DNA of 64,000 bases from positions 98,830,001-98,894,000 of the forward strand of contig NC_058368.1 in NCBI RefSeq assembly GCF_018350175.1, written 5' to 3'. Made by a program: the position numbers and the translations under genes. The notes under the pieces are model-generated. The model did no database searches. It was not told the origin of the DNA and saw nothing but the letters and a program-made list of their open reading frames with translations. Positions 1-9,945 of the stretch are shown here, piece after piece. Each line of letters opens with the position of its first letter. Within the stretch, counting starts at the first letter, position 1. The DNA is from Felis catus. Lineage: Eukaryota.

Positions 1-940
1 TCCCAAATTTCACTCTAATGATTACTCTACATCATCTTTATTTTTATTCTTCGTAGTTTAGTATTCATAGAATTAATAGAAATGACTTTTGGATTTCCAC
101 AAATAACTTAGATCACATGATCACTTCATTTCTGCCAAATCTGCTTCTCTTTTACGAAGATATTTAGGGCTATTCCCCAGACGTGAAAACCTTGAGCTTA
201 TGCGATTCCTAAATCACAGTTACCATTATTCTTAATTATTCTACAATCAAACCATAGCTTCCTTGTGTGTGATGTTAACCAGAACCTGCTAGAATCATCA
301 AGCACATCACCTGCCCTTGTCCTTTCTTTAACTCTCTCTGCCAATGCCATTAGCAGATTCCTCTATCAACCTGAGTAGCCACAATTAGACAGATGGCTCA
401 GTTTCATGTTTGAGGCACACGTTTGTCCTTTGCGTCTAACGGTTAGGTGTGCCTGTTCTTCGACTGATGACCAATGTCTTGTTTCTTCTCACCTCCCAAT
501 ATCTGCCAATAATCTGTCCCTCTAGTCCTACTTTCTCTCATTTTGTTTTCTCTTTAATTCCATTGTGCCTGTGATTATGATTCCTTTCGTCGCAATATGA
601 TACTTTAAAAGAGTTTCGGGAAACACTGAAGCGTAATTGTAAGGACACAGTGTATTCCTTGTCTAGCTAATTTATTCCTCTCTCTCTTGGCTGCCATAGA
701 ATCTAACCAGCCAAGCAAATAAACCTCAGCACCTTTCAATATGTTCTCCACATAGCAGCTCTAAGAATTACTTATATTCTTTCTTTCTAACTTTATTTAA
801 CCAGTGTTAAATATTTATTTTATTTTCAAGTTGTAAAATGTTTCACACATGACAGAAAATAAATAAATTAATGTAATGAATGTAACTCAGGCTTAAGAAA
901 TGTTAACCCTTTATCAAAATTACTTGGCATCAAGTTTTAA

Positions 941-1148
941 CTTATATTTTTCACGTTTATTCATTTTTGGGGGAGACAGAGAGCCAGCGGGGGAAGGACA
1001 GAGAGAGAGACACACACACAGAATACCAAACAGGCTGCAGGCTCTGAGCTGTCAGTACAGAGCTGGGTGTGGGGCTTGAGCTCACAAGTGGTGAGATTAG
1101 GACCTGAGCCGAAGTTGGAGGCTTTACCCACTGAGCCACCCAGGCACC
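941..1148 (-). mobile_element. CanSINE
   Basis: Reverse complement of GGGGCGCCTGGGTGGCTCAG...CT-rich...AATAAA; approximate TSD catcaagttttaa (928, 1158). Confidence 0.93.
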
Positions 1149-1199
1149 TTGACTTTACATCAAGTTTTAAAAGAAATAAAGTGTTTTAGCTGTAGGGCT

Positions 1200-3040
1200 G
1201 CTGCCTCTTGATATCCATTCCCGTTTCTCTTTGCCTAAACTTGACGTGTATTATTTATTTTCACATTATATAAATGAAACCACCCTTCTCTATATAAACA
1301 ACACAGACACACTGAGTACGTATATTTTAACTTTTTTACATTCAACATTAGTTTTTTGGGATTGACCCCTGCTGATACATATAGTTCTAGTTACTTCCTT
1401 TGAACCACTTTATGTTTTCATACCCAGTCACTCGCTAACAGATATTTAGACTGTTTCCAGTCTTATGCTATGAGAAAACAAACAGCCTGCAAGGAACTAT
1501 GCTTCTTCAACCCTATGCACATCTCTTCAAGTTCCTCTGGAGTAGTGTAGGCTTTGTTCATAAAAGACCTATATTGTAGGATATGGACCTTACCCACTTT
1601 ATAGGATGTTGTCAAACATTTTCCCAACAGACTGAATTAATATAGGCATTAGCAATGTATGAAGTTCCCATTTATCCACCACATCATCATCATCGGTTGG
1701 AATTATCAGATTATTTTGTTTTCACAAACTATTGAGTAAGAAAGGCTATTGCATCTGTCTTCAGTTTGCCCTCCCTTGATTACTTGTGAGGTCGTTGGCA
1801 TTTTCATGATTTTTGGAAATTTGGCATTTGCCTGGTGTCAGTTACTTTTTCATATCCTTTTTTCCAGTTTTCATGTGTATATGTGTACATAAGCTCTAAA
1901 GTTTGCTTCATTCTTTTTTTTTTGCCTAAATTAGTACTGATACAATAGTGTTTTAAGAAAAATTTAGATTGTTTTGGCTTAGTGTTCGTAGAGCTGTGTC
2001 AGGTTTCATGAGACTATTTGCCTGATGTATCTTATGGGTGTCACTTTATGTCAATCCATGTCCCTTTTTGAATAAATTATTGTAATCTACTTATATTTAT
2101 TATCATTACTAATATATTTGAAGTTTTTCTATCTTATGCAGATTTTTGTTTGCTGCGCTTTTTTTTCTGCCTTTTTAGAATTTGCTAATTTTTTCTTACT
2201 CGCATTTTCAGCCTTACATTATTTAAAAAAATTTTTTTAATATTTATTTATTTTTGAGACAGAGAGAGACAGAGCATGAACAGGGGAGGGGCAGAGAGAG
2301 AGGGAGACACAGAATCTGAAACAGGCTCCAGGCTCTGAGCTGTCAGCACAGAGCCCGAAGCGGGGCTCGAACTCACGGACCGCGAGATCGTGACCTGAGC
2401 CGAAGTCGGACGCTTAACCGACCAAGCCACCCAGGCGCCCCAGCCTTACATTATTTTAGAAGTATACATTTGTCTATTAATTCAGTAGTGTCCCTAAAAT
2501 TTTTTCATATACGTTCTTGACTTAATGAGTCATAATCAGTATCAGCTAGTGATTCCTTATACACACACAAATGCTGTGAGCTGAAAATGCTTTCACTCTT
2601 GATTGTTCTCCAATCAGATGTCACTTTCCCTAGTATTTTACCTACACATTTTTCTCCTCTCTCAAACTAGTCAGTAGTATATTATTTTTTGTAATAAATG
2701 CACACTTTTATTATCTTACAATGTCTCTGCTCATCTATGCTGCTTGTATTCCAGCCCTTTCTTCTGGTTTTTTACTCCTTTCTGAATTGTCCTTTATCAG
2801 TACTTTCAATACTGAGCTGTGGAAAGCACACTCTCTTAGTCTTCATTGTCTAACAATGTCGATTTCACCCTCACTTTTACAAAAGAGTTCAGCTATATTT
2901 CCAATGGCTTTCTTTCATTTTGAAACATATTCCTAAATTTTCCTTGACTTCTCTTGCTTGTTTGAAAATCAGTCGGCCTGATTTTTGTTACTCAATACAT
3001 ATTTGGTGCCTCTTGTTTTATTGTTGTAAAATTTTTTATC
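1200..3040 (-). mobile_element. old L1 (L1M-type) fragments, interrupted by a CanSINE
   Basis: Degenerate antisense L1 3'/ORF2 phrases (ccacatcatc...ggaattatcag; tttgccctcccttgattacttgtgagg...tttcatg) and a T-rich strand bias. Confidence 0.6.
2225..2440 (-). mobile_element. young, near-consensus CanSINE (felid type)
   Basis: CpG-rich; perfect TSD cagccttacattattt at 2209-2224 and 2441-2456. Confidence 0.97.
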
Positions 3041-3049
3041 ATTACTTTC

Positions 3050-3703
3050 TTAGGAGAAGGAGGCATTTCCTCCTTTTCTCGCAGGGTTTTTCTAGCTGAT
3101 TGAGGGATTAAATTGATGTGGGATGGATTAACAAGAAAACAAACAAAAAAAATGTTTATTATGTGTACATGGAATTCCAGTAATGAAATATACCCAAATA
3201 GATGACTAAGGCAGGCAGTTTTTATACATTTTAGACAAAGAGAAATGAATTCTTTAAGAATCGACAGGATAAAAAAAAAAGATGTCTGAGAACTTTAATT
3301 AGTTAAGGAATTCTAAGCAGAATTTGGGCTCAGGTGATAAACTGGTAAAAAAGTAACAAGATTTTTTTTTCTTCCAAGATTTTATTTAAATTCAGGTTAG
3401 TTAACATGTAGTGTAGTCTTGGTTGTAGGAGTAGAATTTAGTGATTCAGGTTTGTTTCTACAGTTTTCTTGTCTTTGAAGTTCCTATCTCTGGGGATAAG
3501 GTTGCCTTTTTACTTCTTAGTACAGGGAAGGTGCTTTTGATACAAAAGATTTATTTTCTGCTTTCATGGGACATAGGAGGGTTTGAGTGTCCTTGTGGCC
3601 TGGTTCCCAAGTAACCACTGGGCTAGTTCCCAAGTAGCTTCGATGCAAAATAATTAATTTGCCATTGTGGTTCCTTTTGGGCAGCCTGCCCTTGACTCCT
3701 CCA
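3050..3703. mobile_element. ERV-class solo LTR-like element
   Basis: Resembles recalled carnivore ERV1-type LTRs (aggagaaggaggcatttcctcc...ttaaattgatg...gattaacaag...; ends cttgactcctcca); contains an L1 3' fragment. Confidence 0.5.
3361..3447 (-). mobile_element. 5'-truncated carnivore L1 3' end inserted in the LTR
   Basis: Poly-T then ccaagattttatttaaattcaggttagttaacatgtagtgtagtcttggttgtaggagtagaatttagtgattc, typical of the L1_Carn 3' terminus. Confidence 0.7.
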
Positions 3704-4255
3704 CTCTTCTGTGTTCTGTGTTTTCATTATGGTATGTCTGACTGTGGGTTTGTTTCTACTGTCCTGTTGAAACTCTTTCAGTTTCTGTACTTCTTGAATC
3801 AGGTGATGCTTCCATTCTTGAAAAGTAGCCATTCATTGTCTCTTGGAACATCTCTTCTCTCACTTCTGGAACCCTTGAAAAATATGATACTTGATCAGCA
3901 CTTGGCAAGGACTCTCCCACCTGACTGCTAGCTAGCTCTCGGGCCTCACACGGTGCTCTTCAGCCTAGAGTATTCTTTTTTTGCTCACCCTCAGGCGCTG
4001 TTTTCTGTCGAAGGACCTCTGTCAGGCTCTTTCCTGAGTGGACTTATGGAATCACGCCTCTCCTACTAGTTAACAGCCACTCATCCTTCAGGAGGCCTTG
4101 CTGATTTTTCTGATGAGGTGTTTTTATTCTCCTCTTATAGTATCTTGATTTGTCATTCAGTACTCCTGGGGCATTTGTACTGTGACCGTTGTTTGTTTGA
4201 GTATCTAATGAAAGCCAGGCCCTTGCACTAGATTCCCTGCTCCCTGAGAGCAGTA

Positions 4256-4537
4256 AGGGTGACGCTTGAACCACACAGGTTTGAATCATGTGGGTCCACT
4301 TAGATGCTGATTTTTTTTCAATAAGTACAGTACAGTAGTGTAAATGTATTTCCTTTTCCTTAGGATTTCCTTAATAAACTCTTTTCTTTAGGTTACTTTG
4401 TTCTAAGAATACAGTATATAATGTATATACCATAGAGACTGTATGTTAATCAACTGTTAATGTTATCAGTAAGGCTTCCAGTCAATGGTGGGTGCAAAGA
4501 AGCACCCCTAAGACCTGTGTTGTTCAAGGGTCAACTA
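4256..4537 (+). mobile_element. Tigger2a-like Tc1/mariner MITE
   Basis: Degenerate TIRs of the CAGTTGACCCTTGAACAAC type at both ends (ends ttgttcaagggtcaacta); internal gggtccactta motif. Confidence 0.8.
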
Positions 4538-4634
4538 CATTTTGTCGGTTTTAGTTTTTTATTCTGTTGGCATTTTGTAGGCACTCAGGAAATAACAATG
4601 TAGAGACTAAAACCAGGCAGGAGCTATGAAACTA

Positions 4635-4875
4635 CAGTAAAATCTTGGTTTGTGAGCATTATTTGTTCCGGAAACATGCTTGTAACCTAAAGCACTCGTC
4701 TATCAAAGCAAATTTCAAAAACCATTGGCTCAGCTGTGATCATGTGACATTCGGCATCACATACTGCTCGTATTGCAAGGCATCACTTGTTTACCAAGTT
4801 AAAATTTATTAGAAATGTTTGTTCGTCTTGAGGAACATTCGCAGAACAGGTTACTCTCAATCAAGGTTTCACTTG
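4635..4875. mobile_element. TA-flanked Tc1/mariner-type MITE
   Basis: TA|cagtaaaatcttgg ... tcaaggtttcacttg|TA: imperfect TIRs with a TA target duplication. Confidence 0.7.
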
Positions 4876-5269
4876 TATCAGAGACCCGGGCAGTACTAAT
4901 TCATCTTTGACTATGAGCTTCACTTCCTTCAGAGTAGACCAGCTTTCCCTCCTTCTCTGCAGATATTTAATGCGATAAAAGGCTCAGGGTCAGTAGTCTC
5001 CCCATGTTAAATAGCATACAGTGCCTGTGAGCCGAAACTGCCCCTCTATCTCTCACATTGTTTAGCAGCCCTGCCCCTTGAATTTCCAGGGTGTCTGGGC
5101 TAGAGCTGCAGAATGTGGAACCAGCTCTGGATCATTTCTGGATAGATCCCTTGTCCCCTCTTTTATTCTAGAATAACTGAGCAGATGTGTCTTTTAAAAA
5201 TAACAACTTCAGGAATCAAATAAGATATAACATGTCTTCATTCACTGTTAAACTAAAGAAATGACCCTC

Positions 5270-5700
5270 GATACATTTATTTAACAAGTATTTATTGAGC
5301 CCCTTTTGAGTGCCATTCACTACATTAGGCCTTTAGGTTACAGGAGTAAAAACAAACAAGGTCTCTGATCTCACTGAAATTAGAGTCTAGAGAGGGAAGA
5401 CTCTTCCAATACTCTTCCTACTACTTAACAATCAAAAAGTATGTGAATGCTTTGAATGAAAGAAATAGGGTTTCCTGGGAATATTTAACAAATTAACATG
5501 ACCTCTATGGGAAATTGCAGTCAGATGGTAGTAGTAGTAGTAGTAGTAGGAAATTGCAGTAGTATTGTTACAAAGACTTATTGTGACTTGACACAGCATC
5601 TCAAGAAGAAAAATTAGTATGTGCTAATGTCCTGTGGCAGGAAGCAGACTGGCAATGATGAGGGTCTAAAAGAAGACCTGAGAGGTTTGAGAACAGAAAG
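5270..5700 (-). mobile_element. L2 fragment (continues at about 6680-6940)
   Basis: catttatttaacaagtatttattgagc is the L2 3' end in reverse, followed by purine-rich L2-like sequence. Confidence 0.65.
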
Positions 5701-5715
5701 GAAAAGGGAAATTTA

Positions 5716-5930
5716 GGGGCACCTGGGTGGCTCAGTTGATTAAGCGTCCAACTTTTGATTTTGGCTCAAGTCATAATTTCATGGTTCATGAGATCAAGCC
5801 CCTCGCACTGGGCTCTGCATTGACTGCACAGAGCCTGCTTGGGGTTCTCACTGTCCTCTCTCTGTCTGCCCCTCCCCCTCCTCGTGCATGTGCATACTCT
5901 CTCTCTCTCCCAAAATAAATATTTTTTTAA
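5716..5930 (+). mobile_element. CanSINE
   Basis: ggggcacctgggtggctcag...CT-rich...aaataaat; approximate TSD aaaaggg(aa/gg)attta. Confidence 0.93.
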
Positions 5931-5999
5931 AAAAAGGGGGATTTATTAGAGTTGAGGTAGTCATTTGAAGAGGAGAGATGGTGGTGATGTGTTATCCCT

Positions 6000-6668
6000 G
6001 TACAGTACAATTGCGACTTGTACTGGCTAAAAAGGACCAAGTGTTATATTTTCAGAAATTTTGTGTGAGCCACCTGCTAAATACCCATTATTAAAAATAG
6101 AAGTATATAAACTCATATTAAATAAATTACATTAAAAATAAAGGTTGTCTAATTATCCCAAGTCATTCGTAATTATTTTACTATATTTTACTGTTATTTG
6201 TGTTCCTGGGGTTATCTATTCTTTTTTTAATTATTTTTTTAATGTTTATTTATTTTTCGAGAGAGAGATTGACAGAGCATGAGCAGGGGAGGGGCAGAGA
6301 GAGAGGGAGACACAGAATCCGAAGCAGGCTCCAGGCTCTGAGCTGTCAGCACAGAGCCTGACACGGGGCTCATACCTACAAACCGTGAGATCATGACCTG
6401 AGCCAAAGTCGGACGCTCAACTGACTGAGCCACCCAGGCGCCCCTCTCCTGAGTTTATTTTTGCTATTCTGTCCGCATGGTAGAAACATCTTATAATGAT
6501 GTGCAACTGTGCATTGCTTTCCAACCTCACACACAGTGATGTCACATTTACTGACTTGAAATTGACCACAGTGGGAGTTTACACCAAGGAAATTGGCACA
6601 CTTTTCAAATCAGAAGCTCCCTTATACCTGTAAAAACCAGCTGTTAAACATTGACCAGCACAACACCG
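6000..6668. mobile_element. MER63-like hAT element, interrupted by a CanSINE
   Basis: Terminal ccagctgttaaacattgaccagcacaacac and internal cagtgatgtcac...ttgaaattgaccacagtgggagtttacacc match recalled MER63. Confidence 0.65.
6221..6444 (-). mobile_element. CanSINE
   Basis: Full-length reverse copy; approximate TSD tcctgg/aggtt/tat. Confidence 0.95.
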
Positions 6669-8566
6669 AGTGAGACTATACAAGACCTTGGAGACAGTGT
6701 TAAGAATTGATCTTTCTCACAGGAGAAATAAAGAGGCACTGAAAGGTTTTAAGCAGGGAGTCGACAAGAGCACATTTCTATTTTTAAAAAATCCACTGAC
6801 GCTACAGAAATGAAAAGGGGAAGCAAGGTGACTTTGGAGAGCCCATATGGTAAATAATGGTGGCTCAGACTAGGACCAAAGAAATGAAAATGCAGAGAAG
6901 TGGATTTAACATATACAGTACTTAGGAGCTAAAATAGAAGGCTGAGCTCTGGCAGCAGTAGCAAGAAGCAGTCACTTAAGACCCTCATGAGGAAGAAGTG
7001 AAATCTCTACCTCTTCCCTAAATTCTGGATGCTTCCGATGTTTTCATTTTGAGCCCAATTCTGCCACCATGTGTCAAAGAGCCAACTTCACAGTTGAACA
7101 AACCTAGGCCCGAATAAGGAGAGAAAAATCTGCACATGGAGATGTGAGATAAAAAAGACTATCTCCCTACAAAAATGAATTATTTAAAAAGTAATCTGTA
7201 ACCTTTCCGTCTTCATTGATGGCAACCCTGACAATGGACTCGGAGATCTCTGACCCAGGGAGTATAAATGACTGTGTTCTGATACCCAGCATTTGAGCAC
7301 ATGCTTTGCTTCCCACGAGCTGCCCCCAGACAATAACTGGACAGGACTGAGACCCTAAGGCAAGCCTGTTGTGGGTGATGCTAGATACCTTCCATGAGTG
7401 GCTTTAACACCATGACCCCCCGGTGACCTTGCCAAACATCCTTAGAACTGCATTGCCTTAGATGCTCCCTCCGACTTCTCTGTCTTCACATCAATTCTCC
7501 TTCACTGGGTAGGGGCATGCATCATGGTCTGATGGTTCTGCAAGACTCATTGATGCCCCTGACTCTGCCTTGTGTCTAGGGCAGGTCTCGAGATTCTGTG
7601 ACTTGAGTCCCTCCTCCAAGTGATAGCACACATCTGTAGCCTAAGTTCCCGGGTCCAAGAGAAGTTCCTGCCCCCTTCCCCAAAGTCAAACAGCTGCGAT
7701 TCCTACCCCTTCTCAGAAGCAGGAGACTGTTGCCTGTGTCTTAGATGTTACAGGTGTTTTTTTTTTTTAACCTCTTCCTTTAATGCTTAATTGATCTGTT
7801 TTATAAGGGACAGAGATCTGGGAAATACCTGGGGTTTTATGCCTGTGTGCCCAGGAGGGACTCATTCATTCTATTCTCACCCTCATCACCCCATGTGAGG
7901 GGCCCATGGAATGAGTGAAGACAGACTGTTTTGTGTCTGAGCTCCTGGGGATTCTAAATTGTCATGATAGCACATACGCCACCTTTAATTATTCATTCAA
8001 GTTCTAGCTGTTTCCTCGCTTTCATGGAGGCTGCCTGTTCCCTGTGATTTGCCAAAGGTGAAGCAGTCGTTGTGTCCTTTCTCTCCATAGAGGGCTGGGG
8101 ACTCTTTCTGGTTCAGTTGATTGGGAATCCTTGTGATCTCAGTTCTGTGATGGTCTCAAGAAAAGTGATGATTTTGCAGAGTATCTGGCTTTTCTCATTT
8201 TTAGCACGAGATTAGTGTTTGTCCCATAGGTTTCTACATGCTGAGCCGGGAGAAAGTCCCCGCCCCTTGATATTAAAAATAAGTTATGTCTTTGCATCAA
8301 GGTTTTTATCTTTGGTGGGTTCAGCAGAGTTGGGAATAGAATATGTACGTAAGTCATATATTATATGGTGGGCATGTGAAATCCTTAGGTTATCAAACAG
8401 TCGACGCTCCTATGGTAACCATTCTATAAATTTCTTTAATGGTAACATTGAGCAACAGTGGAATCCACAATCCAGTATTCATTAAGACTCACATAGCTGA
8501 TTACAGCTAGACAGGGAGACATCGTTTCTAGGATGTTTTGCTTCGGGTCATTCTTCACCACAGTTA

Positions 8567-8584
8567 CCTTGTCCTTTCCACCAG
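8567..8584 (+). promoter_or_regulatory. PRR16: 3' splice acceptor (polypyrimidine tract + CAG) of the PRR16 last exon
   Basis: accttgtcctttccaccag immediately precedes the point where PRR16 similarity starts. Confidence 0.92.
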
Positions 8585-9340
8585 GTGGTTGACCAGATTG
8601 ATACCCTGACCTCTGACCTACAGCTGGAGGATGAGATGACCGACAGCTCCAAGACGGACACCCTGAATAGTAGCTCCAGCGGCACGACGGCCTCGAGCAT
8701 AGAGAAGATCAAAGTGCAGGCCAATGCCCCTCTCATTAAACCCCCCGCACACCCCTCTGCTATCCTCACCGTCCTGAGAAAGCCAAACCCTCCACCGCCT
8801 CCCCCACGGTTGACACCTGTGAAGTGTGATGACCCCCAAAGAGTGGTGCCAGCTGTCAATCCTCTAAAGACCAATGGAACCCTTCTGCGAAACGGAGGCT
8901 TGCCAGGGCCGCCGAACAAAATTCCCAACGGAGATGTCTGCTGCATCCCCCCCGGTACCTTGGACAAGGCTCCAGCACAGCCTCTGATGCACAGACCTGA
9001 AAAAGACAGGTGTCTCCAGGCAGGACCTCGGGAACGAGTTCGGTTTAATGAGAAAGTGCAGTACCATGGCTACTGTCCGGACTGCGACCCCCGGTATAAC
9101 ATAAAAAACAGGGAGGTCCACTTACACAGCGAACCTGTCCACCCACCAGGAAAGCTTCCTCACCCAGGCCCCCCGCTTCCTCCTCCACCCCACCTCCCTC
9201 CTTTCCCCCTAGAGAATGGGGGACTGGGAATAAGCCACAGTCACAGCTTCCCCCCTCTCAGACCTGCAACTGTGCCTCCTTCCACTGCACCAAAACCACA
9301 GAAGACGATCTTGAGGAAATCAACCACTACCACAGTGTGA
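8585..9340 (+). CDS. PRR16: PRR16 (Largen, proline-rich protein 16) terminal coding exon, 251 codons plus stop; the N-terminal exon lies upstream of the window
   Basis: Translation VVDQIDTLTSDLQLEDEMTDSSKTDTLNSSSSGTTASS...RERVRFNEKVQYHGYCPDC...KTILRKSTTTTV* matches the recalled mammalian PRR16 C-terminal ~250 aa. It begins right after a pyrimidine tract and CAG (ccttgtcctttccaccag|GTG), so the ORF-track 'M' is really Val in a phase-0 exon. Confidence 0.97.
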   Translation: MVDQIDTLTSDLQLEDEMTDSSKTDTLNSSSSGTTASSIEKIKVQANAPLIKPPAHPSAILTVLRKPNPPPPPPRLTPVKCDDPQRVVPAVNPLKTNGTLLRNGGLPGPPNKIPNGDVCCIPPGTLDKAPAQPLMHRPEKDRCLQAGPRERVRFNEKVQYHGYCPDCDPRYNIKNREVHLHSEPVHPPGKLPHPGPPLPPPPHLPPFPLENGGLGISHSHSFPPLRPATVPPSTAPKPQKTILRKSTTTTV

Positions 9341-9431
9341 TGTATGCCATTTCAAAAACTTTTTGTGCTTTTTTTTTAATTTCTATATTATAAACATAAA
9401 ATAATAAGTAAGGAGCACTTTCTACTCAAGC

Positions 9432-9437
9432 AATAAA
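9432..9437 (+). terminator. candidate proximal polyadenylation signal AATAAA
   Basis: caataaaaag about 90 nt after the stop codon. Confidence 0.4.
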
Positions 9438-9584
9438 AAGCCCAAATATGTTAATTCTGCATTCAGCAAAGTGGCATAAAAAAACCACCTGGTAAGTATG
9501 CCGTGTGTTGTTTCTATCCCAGGTTTACGTTATCTAAAAAGTTGCATCACCAGAAACCACAGAACCATGAAAAGGCTGAATATG

Positions 9585-9612
9585 GTGTGTGTGTGTGTGT
9601 GTGTGTGTGTGT
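9585..9612 (+). repeat. (GT)14 microsatellite in the PRR16 3' UTR
   Basis: Read directly. Confidence 0.95.
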
Positions 9613-9939
9613 TTAACTGACCTGTGATAAACAGTGACCTGCAGGTTTCAAATAGTTTGGTTTACTATAAGAGATGGAATTAGATTCATTTTATTCATGC
9701 CTAACTCATCTATGCATTAATAACATATCACCCCCCCCAACTTTGACCCGATGCTTTTTAGGAAGAAATTTTAATACTGAAGGACTATTTTGTTATTTTT
9801 TTTCTAAAGATGTTTGTCACTAGTTTTACATTATTAAATGCTGAGAACAATACCAAAAAGTTTATTTTCTATACTATACAATTATATGTTCAAGCTACCT
9901 ATGTAATGAAAGATTTTGTCTGTGGAAATGTCATGTGTC

Positions 9940-9945
9940 AATAAA
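9940..9945 (+). terminator. candidate distal polyadenylation signal AATAAA
   Basis: gtcaataaacaacag, with an upstream TGTA element at 9902. Confidence 0.55.

Noticed and set aside
5509..5565. ggaaattgcagt direct repeat around (GTA)n
   Set aside because: Small slippage duplication inside an L2 relic with no sign of function.
7400..8240. Possible extra PRR16 exon or LTR in a GC-richer intronic stretch
   Set aside because: No convincing ORF or splice pair; parts resemble an antisense old L1 5' region, but I cannot support a specific call.
8585..8587. GTG as a start codon of a single-exon gene
   Set aside because: It follows a splice acceptor and is an internal Val of PRR16.
8548..9121. Antisense ORFs (139, 73 and 85 aa) overlapping PRR16
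   Set aside because: Shadow ORFs of a GC- and proline-rich exon with no independent gene signals.
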